From contig NC_068984.1 in NCBI RefSeq assembly GCF_001194135.2, positions 79,611,234-79,674,764 of the forward strand: a stretch of DNA of 63,531 nt, given 5' to 3'. Every line of letters starts with the position of its first letter. The stretch's first letter is position 1. Under the pieces are notes generated by a model. That model was given only the letters and a program-made list of their open reading frames with translations. It made no database searches and was not told where the DNA came from. Origin of the DNA: Octopus bimaculoides. Lineage: Eukaryota. This document shows, piece by piece, positions 25,339-38,305 of the stretch. The translations under genes were made by a program, and so were the position numbers.

Positions 25339-26609
25339 TTATATTCATTTTTTTTCAATTTGAACAATTGAAAAAATATATAAACTCCAGCACTACATTT
25401 GCATCATTTTCATTAATTAATATATACTTTTTCTGTTTTTTTTTTTTCAAATTCTATTACCAGATCTTTCATATATTAATTTGAATTTATTATAATGATG
25501 CTTCTCTGTAATCATGATTCTTTTTATTAAGACTGAATGTTCTTGTTTAATCTCAAGACAGCTATGGTTAAACAAAACTCTGATCAAAAGTATTCCAGAT
25601 TTGGCCATCTCACCTTTATTTTCTAGGCATTGTGTACTGTGGACTACATTATTCAATGTGTCTTTTCCTTTAGTCAAAATTCCTAGTTGTGATTTGGGAC
25701 AGATTTGATTCACAGTCGTAGCAAGTCAAGCAATCACACAGTTGTACCTCCATTCACTCATTCAGTAGAATATTAGAGAGATGTATATATTTAATTGAAT
25801 TAACACCAGTGTGTTACTGGTATCTATTTTTGTTGACCCTAAAATTATGAACAATTTATTCAATCCAGGTTAACTTTAAACTTGGAACATAGAAACATAA
25901 AAGTAAAAAAAAAGAAATCCTCAAAAAACTGTAAAAAACATAATTCTTATCTCTCTGAATTGTCTTCCTCTTCCTTTCCTGATGTTTAACCCTAGGTCAG
26001 TGCTGTTTGAGAAGACCTATGATTCAGTAGTGTAGATCTGTGACTACATTATATAATGTGATTTTTTTTTCTGAGTTTTTAACTGTTAGAATATAACCTG
26101 AAGTTGATTTAGGTGTTATTTTTTGTAGATCAGTCAACTATGTAAACAGTTCTCTTCTGTGAAATAAAAACAAAAGATGCAAATTCAGAATTTATGGAGG
26201 AGAGATGTAGTTAACTGATGGAACCCTGATATATTTTTGGTACATATCTTATTGGTACCTTTTATTGGATAATTACATCTATGGGTGCCAGGTCTGTTGA
26301 CATTGCCAGTAATACAACTTGGCAAGTCATGATCCTAGCCAATGACCTTACATAGGTTCCTCTACATAGTCTCATGTGAGTGTTGGTTTGATCAGCGGAT
26401 TACTCTTCGATTGACAAAACACTTCCACCATAACCATAAACTGGGTTGCTGTTGGGTGCTATTTTTGGCCAAATGGCAACCCATGTTTGGCCCAGGATGT
26501 CTTGTTTTCTTATTTTCTGCTGCTAAACTCTTATCTAGAGGCTATTTCCCTGTCTGTCACCTGGGAACTTGCCAGATATAAGGTCAGTCTCTCTCTCTCT
26601 CTCTCTCTT

Positions 26610-26731
<122 letters not shown>

Positions 26732-26884
26732 CCTGGAAGCAGCTCATGTTTAGTTCTGCATAATCTTTCCATATTTGCTGTCTATCCTTATGTTTACTTA
26801 CTTCTTATGGATCTAGTGAGTTCTTCTCTCACACACCCAACTTGACCAGGTGTCATATTTTATTGGAACCAACGAACTGCATTC

Positions 26885-27394
26885 AATGGGGTGTTTGGGT
26901 TAAATTTGACAGTTTGCATCAAAGGTAAAGAAAACACAATATCCCATCCAAAAAATAAAAGTATCTTAAAATATCAAAAAATGTCAATGAAATTATGGCT
27001 GGGAGATAACAGTTTACCCAAAGGCCCTGTTCAAAGATGTGAGATTGAGTTCTGATGTGGAGGTACAGTCAGAATGCTTGCTGGCCATGGCTTTGTAGTC
27101 TCCATTGCAGCTGTCCTTCTCATGTCTTACAGCTTTTACAGTGTTCACAGAACATTAAGTAGCAGTCATGATGTTGGCATTTTGATACCTAGTGTGAATC
27201 ATCATGATACAGGCAACTCTTTTCCAATATTTAGATTGGTTCCAGCCCTCTATGTGAGCTAACTTTTTCTCAACTACAACTTTAATGTTTATGCTCTCCA
27301 ATGCTGTTGAATGTTCAATACTTCAAGCTGTTCCTGAAAATAGAGAATGAAAAAGAAAAAAAAAACCTGTCAAATTTAGCCTGAACATCCTGTA
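26885..27394 (-). mobile_element. Internally deleted Tc1/mariner-superfamily element (~510 bp) with 28-bp TIRs
   Basis: Left aatggggtgtttgggttaaatttgacag vs reverse complement of right end tacaggatgttcaggctaaatttgacag (22/28). Internal minus frame ACIMMIHTRYQNANIMTAT*CSVNTVKAVRHE looks like a transposase N-terminal HTH. Confidence 0.6.
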
Positions 27395-28009
27395 GTCCTA
27401 AGTCCTATACCTATTTTCCTCTCTTGTTATATAATAATTTATAAGATAACTACTAAGCTACTTTTATATGTGAACTCCATTTCTTCCAGCTCAATATGTT
27501 CTCAATTCATATACTGCCAAAGTCAACCTGAAAGCAGGGTTGATAAAATAAGTACTAGCTGAGAAGTGGGGTTGATGTAATCCTCTGAAAATTGCTGATC
27601 TTGCGCAGAAAATTAGAAAGAATTTCATGCAAACTTTAGCCGTATATAAACACATTGTTATTATTCCTAATTTGGAAAACAGAAATAATTTAACCTGCCT
27701 TTTTCTCTTACATGACTACATGGTCAACAACCTCTTCATAATAACCGTAGAACTCTGTGTAATACACTTTTTAACTAAAATCTAGATTAAATTTAAGGCT
27801 ATCATGTTGCAAAGAGTAGAAAAAATACGTAATAACGTAATGAAACATTATTATATTTCAGACTATTTCATTATTTTTTCATATGCTTTATATAAAATCA
27901 AATAAAAATCTAACACATTATAGTATATCTAGTCTTGCAGTAGTTGTGCAATATTGTGTTATACATGGTATTATAACAAGACACTTTATTTCACGTCGTT
28001 CCAGTTCAC

Positions 28010-28205
28010 TCATCTGTAGAAATGAGTTGTGACGTCACTGGTGCCAAGCTGTATTGGCCCTTCCCTCTGATAAAATCAATGGCATGGTGAAAAGAGGCTG
28101 GTATGCATGGGCGACTGCTGGTCTTCCATAAAAAAGACCTGTCCAGACTTGTGCCTGAGAGGGTAACTTTCTAGGTGCAATCCCATGGTTATTCATGACT
28201 GATAC
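28010..28205 (+). mobile_element. SINE family C fragment
   Basis: ccagttcactcatctgtagaaatgagttg...cactggtgccaagctgtatt matches 39570-39720. Confidence 0.6.
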
Positions 28206-28319
28206 AATTTAGACATCAGAAGCGATGTATGTTATACATGGTAGTGAAGTGGCTGTGTATTATACTTTGCAGCATATTATATGTGGTAGTGTACTGTGCA
28301 TATGGTTCAAAATTGTACA

Positions 28320-28425
28320 AAAATATAAAAAATAGGGACAGGTGAGGAAACAGGTGAGTTTGATGCTCAGGAAAAAGGGAAAGAGTCTTTGACATCTTGA
28401 GCTTATGGTCTTCTACAGAAAGGAA
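28320..28425 (-). mobile_element. Diverged Penelope-type terminal repeat (homolog of 56545-56672)
   Basis: ggacaggtg...gatgctcaggaa...gtctttgacatcttgagctt..gtcttctacagaaagg aligns with 56575-56668. Confidence 0.5.
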
Positions 28426-30280
28426 TGAGAGAAGAAAACAGATAGAGAGAGGAAAAAAGAGGAGAGAGAAAACACCATGTCTGGATTAATGGCTGCACTT
28501 TGTTGAATTGACCAGAAGGATGTGATCAGAGAGAAAAGTGGCAAGGGGTAGAACAGTGATCTGGCTAAAGTGTGTGTATGTGTGTTCAACCATGTCTGTG
28601 TGTGGGCAAATATGTGAATGAGTATGAAGATTGAGTGAACGTGTGTATGTATGGGAATATGTGTGTCTATGCATCTGAATAAACATGTATGTACATGTGT
28701 GTAGGGAGATGTGTGCTCCATGTATTTGTATGTGTGTGGAAGTGTATGAGACAGTCTAATGTACATGTGCATTAGGTTATTAGATGTGTGTGTGTGCAGA
28801 TACATGTGTGTAGCAGTTAATGCATGCATGTATATTGTGTGTGAGTAGCATGTGTGCATACCTTTGTATTCTTGTGTATACACAGTCTTTTGTGGTATTT
28901 AATACAGGCAGTACTAAAAAGCATTATAAGATTTTATAATACATTATAAGATTTTAAAGATAGTTTAGGTCCTCATATTGAGATGTGCATAATTCATGGT
29001 AGCATGGACTTTTATGGTAAATTATTGATTAATCTCATTTCCTGGTATTGCTTAACGTTTTTCTTCAAAATTAATAGCTACATGCGTGGCTGTGTAGTTA
29101 AGAAGTTTGCTTCTCAAACAAATAGTTTGAGGTTCACTTCCACAGCATGGCATCTTAGGCATGTGTCTCCTATTACAGTCTCAGGTTGACCAAAGACTTG
29201 TGTGTGGATTTCGCAGAGAGAAACTAAAAGAAGCCTATCATATATATCTATATATGGTTATGTATGTTTATGTCTGAGCCTATATTTATGTCTCCTTCTT
29301 TAGACATTGCAAGGTTGTTGCAAATGAATGCCATTCCTTTCCAATAGGTCTCAAACACATGTCTGGCCATGGGGAAATACTATATTCCCTTACTTGGAAA
29401 CAAGTAAAGGCTGGCAACAGGAAGGGCATCCAGCCATAGAAAACCTACCTCAGTAAACTCTATCCAATCCACGCAAGAATGGAAAAGTGGATGTTAAAAC
29501 TATGATGATGATGGCGATGATAATGATGATTTTCATAAAGTAATTTACCAAACAATAGCTGCTGAGGGCCAAGAAACCAGAAATGATTGGAGTTATATCT
29601 CTTACTTATGCCATCAGAAAATAATATTAATTAACTACACCTAATGTTTTTACCCTAATTACAGTATTTAACCTGATGGTAGTTATTTCTGATGTTTAAT
29701 TAATTGTAAAATGAAACTGTGAATAAATGAAACCCACTCGTTGTATGAATCAGTTCCAGTACTTATTTCCAGCTCATTCCAAAGTACAATTTTTGCAATT
29801 ATCCTTGCAACTGACTGAGCATTAGAGAAGTATGCTAGTCACAAAATTTTCCTGTAAAACAATTTCTATCTATATGGGAAGGATCCTGGTGAAACGGTGC
29901 CTGTCAGTAATTAGGTATTGATTACCGTTGCTTGTGTGCTCATCTGTGTTTCATAGAAAACAATTACACATGGTAAACCAGTAAGTGTCCACTTGAAGGA
30001 ACAATCATATTGGAAACCAAAGTGATATCCAAATGAGCATAATACCATGTAATAAAACTTAATTGTATTTTATATACATATATACATACAATACATATCA
30101 AAATACACATATATGTATATATGTCTGTGTATATATGTGCATATATATGCATCTATGTATGTATATGCATATATGTTTGTATATATATATATATGTACAT
30201 ATATATGCATCTATGTATGCATATGCATATATGTTTGTATATATATATGTACACACACATATATATCATCATCATGTATG

Positions 30281-30331
<51 letters not shown>

Positions 30332-30633
30332 TATAAGTATGTATGTATATATGTTTACCTGTACACACACACACACACACAGGCACACATACTCTCTCAC
30401 ATATGTATGCATACACTCACATTCACATGTATGTGGTTTCATATAAAGGCTGCAGATGAGGGACAGGGAAAGAGAGAGAGAGAGAGAGAAACAGTGCATA
30501 TGTGTGCACATGTGTGTAATGATGTAAGAATAGTCTTAAAAGATCAAAAAATATAGCAAAAATTAAAGAAGAAACTATATATATATATATATATGTATAT
30601 ATATGTATGTATATATGTATGTATGTATGTATG

Positions 30634-30667
<34 letters not shown>

Positions 30668-30936
30668 TATGGTTTTATAAATAAAAGCAAGTTAAGTGAA
30701 AGTTGCTTTGGATGCAAGAAGAAAGAAAGGAAGAATGAATGAATAATGTGGGAAAGAACATTCTGAAGATTTGGAAAGAAAATGCATAATGAAAGAAAGG
30801 AAGGAAATGAAAGAGAGACAGAATGCTGTATGCATGTGTGTGTATATATATGTGTGTGTACCTACGTATGTTTATACGTGTGTATGTATGTTTGTATTTA
30901 TTTATTTATTTATGTATGTGTGTGTGTGTATGTGTT

Positions 30937-30985
<49 letters not shown>

Positions 30986-31460
30986 NNNNNNNNNNNNNNN
31001 NNNNNNNNNNNNNNNNNNNNNNNNNNNNNNNNNNNNNNNNNNNNNNNNNNNNNNNNNNNNNNNNNNNNNNNNNNNNNNNNNNNNNNNNNNNNNNNNNNNN
31101 NNNNNNNNNNNNNNNNNNNNNNNNNNNNNNNNNNNNNNNNNNNNNNNNNNNNNNNNNNNNNNNNNNNNNNNNNNNNNNNNNNNNNNNNNNNNNNNNNNNN
31201 NNNNNNNNNNNNNNNNNNNNNNNNNNNNNNNNNNNNNNNNNNNNNNNNNNNNNNNNNNNNNNNNNNNNNNNNNNNNNNNNNNNNNNNNNNNNNNNNNNNN
31301 NNNNNNNNNNNNNNNNNNNNNNNNNNNNNNNNNNNNNNNNNNNNNNNNNNNNNNNNNNNNNNNNNNNNNNNNNNNNNNNNNNNNNNNNNNNNNNNNNNNN
31401 NNNNNNNNNNNNNNNNNNNNNNNNNNNNNNNNNNNNNNNNNNNNNNNNNNATATATATGC

Positions 31461-31518
<58 letters not shown>

Positions 31519-33119
31519 GTTTGTGTAATGTGTGTTTATATGTGCATGTGAGTGTGTGTATGTGTGATCATGCATGTGTATATACTTCGCTGGGTGTATA
31601 TAGTCAGTTGATTATGTTTTATTGGTTTAGAGTGATGTGATATGTGTGTATACGTGTGGAACTGAATTTTATAGTGTTGCTTCTTTTTCTGCGTCTGTGC
31701 AATTGTTTATATGTGAGACTCCATAAAATGTTTCTATGTGTGTGCATGTGAGTGTATGCGTACATGTAATTATGTGTGTGTTTGTGTAATAGTCAGTGTT
31801 TCAAGCAGTCGTGTAATTATATTACGCGTGTGTTTGTAGATAAGAGTAATTGTTCATGCATATATAATTAAGTATGAGGCTGCATGTAGGTGTGTTGGTG
31901 TGCGTTTGAGTGTGTGTATGTGTGCATGTTTTGGTCTATGTGTGTATGTCTTTGACTTAATTCTGATGTAAAAATCTTAAATTAAGGATATTAAAAATTG
32001 TGCTAATGAAAGACAAAATTAAACAAAAAAAACTGTAATGAGAAGAGAAAATTTCCTCATCATCTTCGACATCAGCATCATCATTTGCATTTTTTCAAAA
32101 CTCACACAACCCCCATCATCTTGCTCATCATAGTCATCGTGATCGTCATCACCACCATCACTGTTGTCGGCATCATCATCATCTTCATCATTATCATCAC
32201 CATAATCATCCTTCATCATCATCATCACGATTGTTTCTTAAGGGTCAGTCTTATACAATGACAGTAGTTGTGAGAGTATTGTATCAATTCTTTCTGTGAA
32301 AGGTGGTATTTACCATCTCCTGAATAATTGATGTCCCCTTGTATGGTGATATGTCTACTTGTATCTTTTTTGCATTTAAAACTCTGTATGGTGAATATTT
32401 CCTCATTTCATTCAACTCTATATTACAAATGTTAAATGTATTTGGTGGGCCTAGATATTTTCATGAATATGTTGCTCCAGTTCTAGGTACTTAAACAATA
32501 ACCTTAATTTGACATCAGCACTTGGTCCTTCTGAATATTTATCATAATTTATTATGTTACAAAAATTTTGTTATCAGGTTAGTTTTTCAGTGATAAATTG
32601 GTTTTGTCTTTCTCTGCTCTGCGGTCAAATACCCATCTTTGTTAACTTTACATATCACCCTTTAAAAACTGATAAAAGAAAAATTTACAAATCCAAGAAA
32701 TGGATTCACAGAACTCTAAGAATATAAGACCAGATTCCTTGTAATGTCTATCTTAGCTGTTTGTGTTCAAATGCTCCTGAGGCCCATGTTGGTGGTAAGC
32801 TTAATCTGTCAGCTCAGCTGGTTTAACACCACCAAATGATCTGTGTAGACCTTTAACAGTATCATACACAGTTGCAAAACTTGGTAATCTTATTGAATTT
32901 TTCAGTGGTGAATTCATGTAGTTTTTAGAGCATTGGATAGAATTCTGAAGAATACTATGGAGCAAAGGCCATTGACTATGTTTTGCCATTGCTTTTAACT
33001 CTGGACATATTTTTTCTCTCCCAGAACTTTTTGGTTTGAAATTGTTATTGATGCTTCTGTAACTTTGCTTATTTCTATGTGTGGGTGTTGGTTCTACACA
33101 CACCAGTTTTTACCTCTGA

Positions 33120-33380
33120 GATGGTAAAGGTAAAAGTTACGTTCTGGAGTCATGCTGACCCATAAGGGCTGGTTTCCCGGTTTCCATGGCATATAAATTC
33201 CCTACTTGGATGGTTCACAGGTCCATCACATGATCACTCATTTTTGCCAGCTGAGTGGAGTGGAGCAGTGTAAAATGAAGTGTTTTGCTCAAGAACACAT
33301 AGCGTTGTCCAATCCAAGAATCGAAACTATGATCTTATGATCATGAGTCTAACATCCTAACCACTAAGCCATGTGGCTCT
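33120..33380 (-). mobile_element. tRNA-derived SINE family C (antisense)
   Basis: Ends ctaaccactaagccatgtg (reverse complement of the tRNA-like head); aggtaaaggtaaa is the antisense tail. Confidence 0.65.
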
Positions 33381-34442
33381 GCACCTCTGAGAAGGAGCGA
33401 TCCACATTAGTCTGGCCTCTATCCATTGATCTTCCCAGCATGGGTACCTCTGCATCACGAGCTTGTGCTCTACTGGCATAGCTCTCAGGGTCATCGAGAC
33501 ATACAAGCCACCACATCACTACAAGGACTGGACCTTGTGGATTGGATAGAATGCCTCATTGTATTTGTTGTGACTCTGTGCATTCCAAGTTCAAATGCCA
33601 CAAGGGTCAATATTGCTTTTCCATCCTTTTGAGGTCAATAAAAAAAGCACCAATCACCTGCAGTATGTCAGACCAGACATACTTTGTGGTAGTTGTTCTA
33701 GTTGTTTGCGTTCTGAATTTAAATCCCACCTTGGTATACTTTGATAGTAGACTTAATGTGTCACTTGATTTAGCAACACTGCCTGGCAATGCAGAGGGTT
33801 GTATGAAATAATTGGATATAGTATTTAGTTTGGATTTAGAAGTGTAAGAGACATTATGGGTAATGTCAGTGTAAGATTAACCATTAAGCAAAATAAGTAC
33901 GTGCTTAGGGCATCCAGGGAAGGGGGCATAACAGAAATGTTAGATGGTTTATGGCACAAAAGAAATCACTTTAAACTTGCTAAAATAATATTTGAAGTGG
34001 TTTATATGATCGTAAATATAATTTTGAAGTGTTCATTGTATCATAGAAAAGATCGATCAAAGACTTTGCAATTAAAAAAAAACGTAGAAGAAAACCTTTC
34101 AAATATAAGTAAAGTGGAAGTATATAAAAATAAACATTATTTTACATCTTAACTGTTAGTTTTGTTTCACTTTGAAAAATGAAGATATATTTTATGGTGT
34201 ATTATTGTTTATATTTTGAATCACACACAAACACACGCACACACTCACACAAGCACTCACATGCACACACACACACACACACACACTCACACAAGCACTC
34301 ACATGCACACACACACACACACACACACAATCTTTTAAGTGCTTAGGGCTTCTATAGTTCTCTATCCAGTCCTGGGTAATGGGAGTTGGTAAGATTAGTA
34401 TTTCACATTGTTGTTATCTTAGTTGATCAAGCAGATCTATGA

Positions 34443-34704
34443 TCAAAGGTTTGAGAAGACCTGTCAGGGCTAAGTGAAATTGTAGTTAGCCCTGACAGGT
34501 CTTCTCAAACCTTTGAAATTGTAGTTGTGGCCAATGCCAGTGTCATGTAACTGCTACCCATTACACTCTTGGAGTGGTTGGTCTTAGGAAGGGCATCCAG
34601 TGGTAGAAACCATACCAAATCGGATTGGAACCCGGTGCAGCCCTCCAGCCTACTAGTTTTAGTCAAACCGTCTAACCCATGCCTGGGTGGAAAGCAGACG
34701 CTAA

Positions 34705-34742
<38 letters not shown>

Positions 34743-34745
34743 TGA
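34443..34745 (+). mobile_element. RTE 3' tail repeat beginning with a 74-nt perfect fold-back
   Basis: Tail core aggaagggcatccagtggtagaaac and (GAT)n; 31-bp arms at 34443-34473 and 34486-34516. Confidence 0.8.
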
Positions 34746-34797
34746 GTGAAATAAAAAATAAGAATTTTCAAAGAAGTATTTATAAATGATCATCAAC

Positions 34798-35056
34798 ACT
34801 GGAGACAAATACTGCAAAAGGGGATGAAGGAAGTGGAAGAAAGACAAGAACTCACCACCAAAGAAAATTGCACTCAATGGAAGGTAAAGCCAGTAGTGCC
34901 AGCAGACAGCTCCTTCAAATGCAGTTGTTGTGTGCATGACTGCCCCTCCCATGTGGGCCTGTACAACCACAACAGATGCTGTGCCACCATCAGCAGCTGA
35001 CGTGATTTCTTTGGTTGCAGATCCATGGCTTCTTGAGACCGAAGGATGCCTACTAC
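34798..35056 (+). mobile_element. RTE/BovB-like LINE 3' end
   Basis: WRQILQKGMKEVEERQE...FKCSCCVHDCPSHVGLYNHNRCC* followed by atccatgg..ttgagaccgaaggatgcctactact. Confidence 0.7.
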
Positions 35057-35174
35057 TATGTATCGGTAGAATTATCTTTTTAACATTGAATAACTGTGGG
35101 AGTCTGCCAGGATAAAATAGTAAACAAAGTGGTCCATAGGTAAAAAAAGGTTGAGAACTAAGGCCCTAAGCCAT

Positions 35175-35545
35175 GCTCCTCCACAGAGAAATGCATAGAC
35201 TGGGTGTATACAAGGGATAACTAGTAATGTGTGAAAGACAACAAGGCTGCTCTAGTACGGACAATATGAGGATGCATTTCCTATGGAAATATGATGGGAA
35301 GGAATGTAAAGAAGTGCTAAAAAATCTAAGTGGAAGGAAGCTGTAGAAGAGGTTGACTGGAACAGACCAAGGAAGAAACGAACAGATGTGATTTGATGAA
35401 GGATGATGATCTTGATTTACTGAAGCTTATGAAGGAGATGATGAGTAACCACAAGTGGTGAGAGGCTGTGTTGGAGTAGAACTACTTAGCTTATGTAAAC
35501 ATTTAAATGTGGATGTAAAAATAATGATGATGGTGATGATCACAT
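35175..35545 (+). mobile_element. Highly diverged RTE 3' end
   Basis: gtggaaggaagctgtagaagaggttgactggaacagaccaaggaagaaac resembles the VEG.CGRGRPRKTW segment; ends in a (GAT)n-like tail. Confidence 0.5.
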
Positions 35546-36394
35546 TGTTATCACTGCGACTACTACTGTTATCATCAACATTTTATCCATAGATGTAATA
35601 CATTGAACACTTTCCAAGCATATTATATGTAAGAAATAACAACCTATATACACAAACACCTGCATCTATAGATTACTGTATTTGGATAAATGATTATATC
35701 TATATTTCAACAACTCAATTCCGAAATTTGCACATATACATGTAGAAATGAATTTTTCAAGACAAGGAAACAAACAACAACGAAAAAAAAAAAAAACCAA
35801 AAACCAACTCCACCAACAAAAAAAAAAGCAAAGACAAAACTACAACAATAAAAAATAAAAACCCAGAAAAAATTCCAGTCCATAAGCAAACAGCAAAAAG
35901 AAATCCTATCCCAGTTTTTCCATATATATTGCATTGTAATTGGCAAACAAAAACCAAACTAAAAATATGGTCAGGTAAAAAACAACAATTTGAATAAACA
36001 ACCAATAATGCGAAAGATAAATTTACCAAATTGATTTCCATAAATTCTTTTCTCTTTCTAATTTGTTTCTTTTCCTAAAAGAGAAAATTCCTTTCCTGGC
36101 TAGNNNNNNNNNNNNNNNNNNNNNNNNNNNNNNNNNNNNNNNNNNNNNNNNNNNNNNNNNNNNNNNNNNNNNNNNNNNNNNNNNNNNNNNNNNNNNNNNN
36201 NNNNNNNNNNNNNNNNNNNNNNNNNNNNNNNNNNNNNNNNNNNNNNNNNNNNNNNNNNNNNNNNNNNNNNNNNNNNNNNNNNNNNNNNNNNNNNNNNNNN
36301 NNNNNNNNNNNNNNNNNNNNNNNNNNNNNNNNNNNNNNNNNNNNNNNNNNNNNNNNNNNNNNNNNNNNNNNNNNNNNNNNNNNNNNNNNNNNNN

Positions 36395-36428
<34 letters not shown>

Positions 36429-36467
36429 TGTATAGATACATATCCAATATCCAGATGTATGCATGTT

Positions 36468-36499
<32 letters not shown>

Positions 36500-36888
36500 T
36501 ATAAAAATATATATAAACATACATATGTGTGTGTGTATATATATACATATATACACACATACATACATGTGTGATTTTATAAATATGTGTAACACTGCTT
36601 CATGCATGTGTGGTCTCTTTCTCTCTCTTTCTCTGTATACAACCGGAGAGATAGAGTGTGTGAGAGTTTTTTGTTCCACATGTTGTCAAAACTGTAGAAA
36701 CAGCAGATGAGTTGATGACAGCGAAATGTCAACAAACATTACCTTTCATATCTGATGTTTTTCATGCAGAGAGCAACACACCCATACATGCATGCATATA
36801 TAGATAAAGATAGATATGAACATGTACTCTCTACTGTTCTATAACTTAGAGTGTGCTTCTTTTTCGGATTTATGATTTACTGACAATA

Positions 36889-36930
<42 letters not shown>

Positions 36931-36939
36931 AGGAATAGG

Positions 36940-37305
36940 TGTATGGTAAGTAGTTTGCTTACTGACCACATGGTTCCAGGTTCAGTGCCACTGTATGGCA
37001 CTTTGGGCAAGTGTTTTCTATTATAGCCTTGGGGGGTGACCAAACCTTGTGAGTGGATTTCGTAGACAGAAACTGAAAGAAGCCTGTCGTATGTGTGTAT
37101 GTATATGTATATGTTTGTGTGCCTGCATTAGTGCCCCCACCTTCGCTTGACAACCGATGTTGGTGTGTTTAGGTTCCCGTAACTTAGCAGTCTGGCAAAA
37201 GGAACTGATAGAATAAGTACTAGGCTTACCCTGGGGTCAAATTGTTTGACTTAAGGCGGTGCTCCAGCATGGCCACAGTCAAATAACTGAAACAAATAAA
37301 AGAAT
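36940..37305 (+). mobile_element. SINE family A
   Basis: ggtgtatggtaagtagtttgcttactgaccacatgg...cagtcaaataactgaaacaaataaaagaa. Confidence 0.85.
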
Positions 37306-37326
37306 ATATATATATATACATATATA

Positions 37327-37702
37327 CTAGCAGCTAAACCCGGTTTCACCCGGCCTGTTTGGATGATGTGGCTGTGATCGCTTTCGATTAGGCATAAACT
37401 ATAACAGCGTTTCTAAACCTTATCATTTCGGGTCCCCTGTTTCGATTGGAGCCTCTAGCTGTACGAAGATTTCATCACCCCACCCCTGTCAGAAATTGGC
37501 TTCAGGACTTGTGAAGAAAGAATTTGTACGTAGTCTGTTTCTGAGAGCTATTTTATTGAACGTCTGTATAATCATTAATACATTTATTTAATTATGAACA
37601 TAGAAAGAAATTATACATTAATCCCAATTTTTGTAAGCAGTTGTATTCGTAAAAATTTTATTTGCAGAGAGCAGAAATTGAAAGATATATGAAATGGACG
37701 TG

Positions 37703-37752
<50 letters not shown>

Positions 37753-38305
37753 AGAGAGAAAGAGGGTGAGAAAGAGAGATAGAGTGAATGAGTGAAGTTG
37801 TGTGTCATTGACTTACGTTGGCTGGCATGACAAGCACAAAGCTTTTGAGGCGGCAGATGACTGGGGTGATATTAGAAGATGTGAAGAAATGCCATCTTTT
37901 CAGTGGAGCGCTTCTTTGTAGGCAATGTTTCTCGTTTTCCCTTCTGATGCACAAATGCATAGATATTGTGGTCTGCCAACACGGGAGCATCCAACGTAAT
38001 GTTGACCGTGGGAGAACACTTGCTCTATGAGATTTAAACAAACCATTTGCAATAATTGACTATGTGCCTTATTTATTGCCATTGCAAAGGAGAGTTTGGT
38101 AGGAAATTGAAGCCGCTTAAACTCGTAGATCATATCAGAGAGAGGGAGGGACATTGGAGTTATAAGAACATCATGACCAGCAGCCGGGCCATTCAAGATG
38201 GTTGCCTGTAGAACACGGGAGTATAAATTTTGATTATCATGTGAGTGCCATTACACATTATTGGAGCATCCAAATTCTGCAGCAGCATGATGGGCACTCC
38301 TCCTT
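37327..38305 (-). mobile_element. Helitron 3' portion: PIF1-type helicase C-terminus and 3' terminus (hairpin + CTAG)
   Basis: Minus frames GVPIMLLQNLDAPIMCNGTH and GHDVLITPMSLPLSDMIYEFKRLQFPTKLSFAMAINKAHSQLLQMVCLNLIEQVFSHGQHYVGCSRVG...KTRNIAYKEAL match RepHel helicase motifs (FP..L.FAMTINKSQGQ, FSHGQLYVA.SRV). The minus strand ends ggccgggtgaaaccgggtttagctgCTAG|T next to (TA)n. Confidence 0.88.

Noticed and set aside
29957-29980. 24-nt microexon candidate (tttcatag|...CCA|gtaagt)
   Set aside because: Weak pyrimidine tract, peptide unrelated to GT7, and it would interrupt a conserved catalytic region; such site pairs are common by chance
32801-33103. 100-aa minus-strand ORF as a nested gene or Tc1 remnant
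   Set aside because: No recognisable domain; only faint transposase-like resemblance, and no matching TIRs or splice signals
33856-34152. 98-aa + strand ORF
   Set aside because: AT-rich, no recognisable motif or splice context
36704-36734. CAGATGA-GTTG..CAGC-GAA-ATGT-C hammerhead-like string
   Set aside because: Core mismatch at U4 and no adjacent stem I pairing
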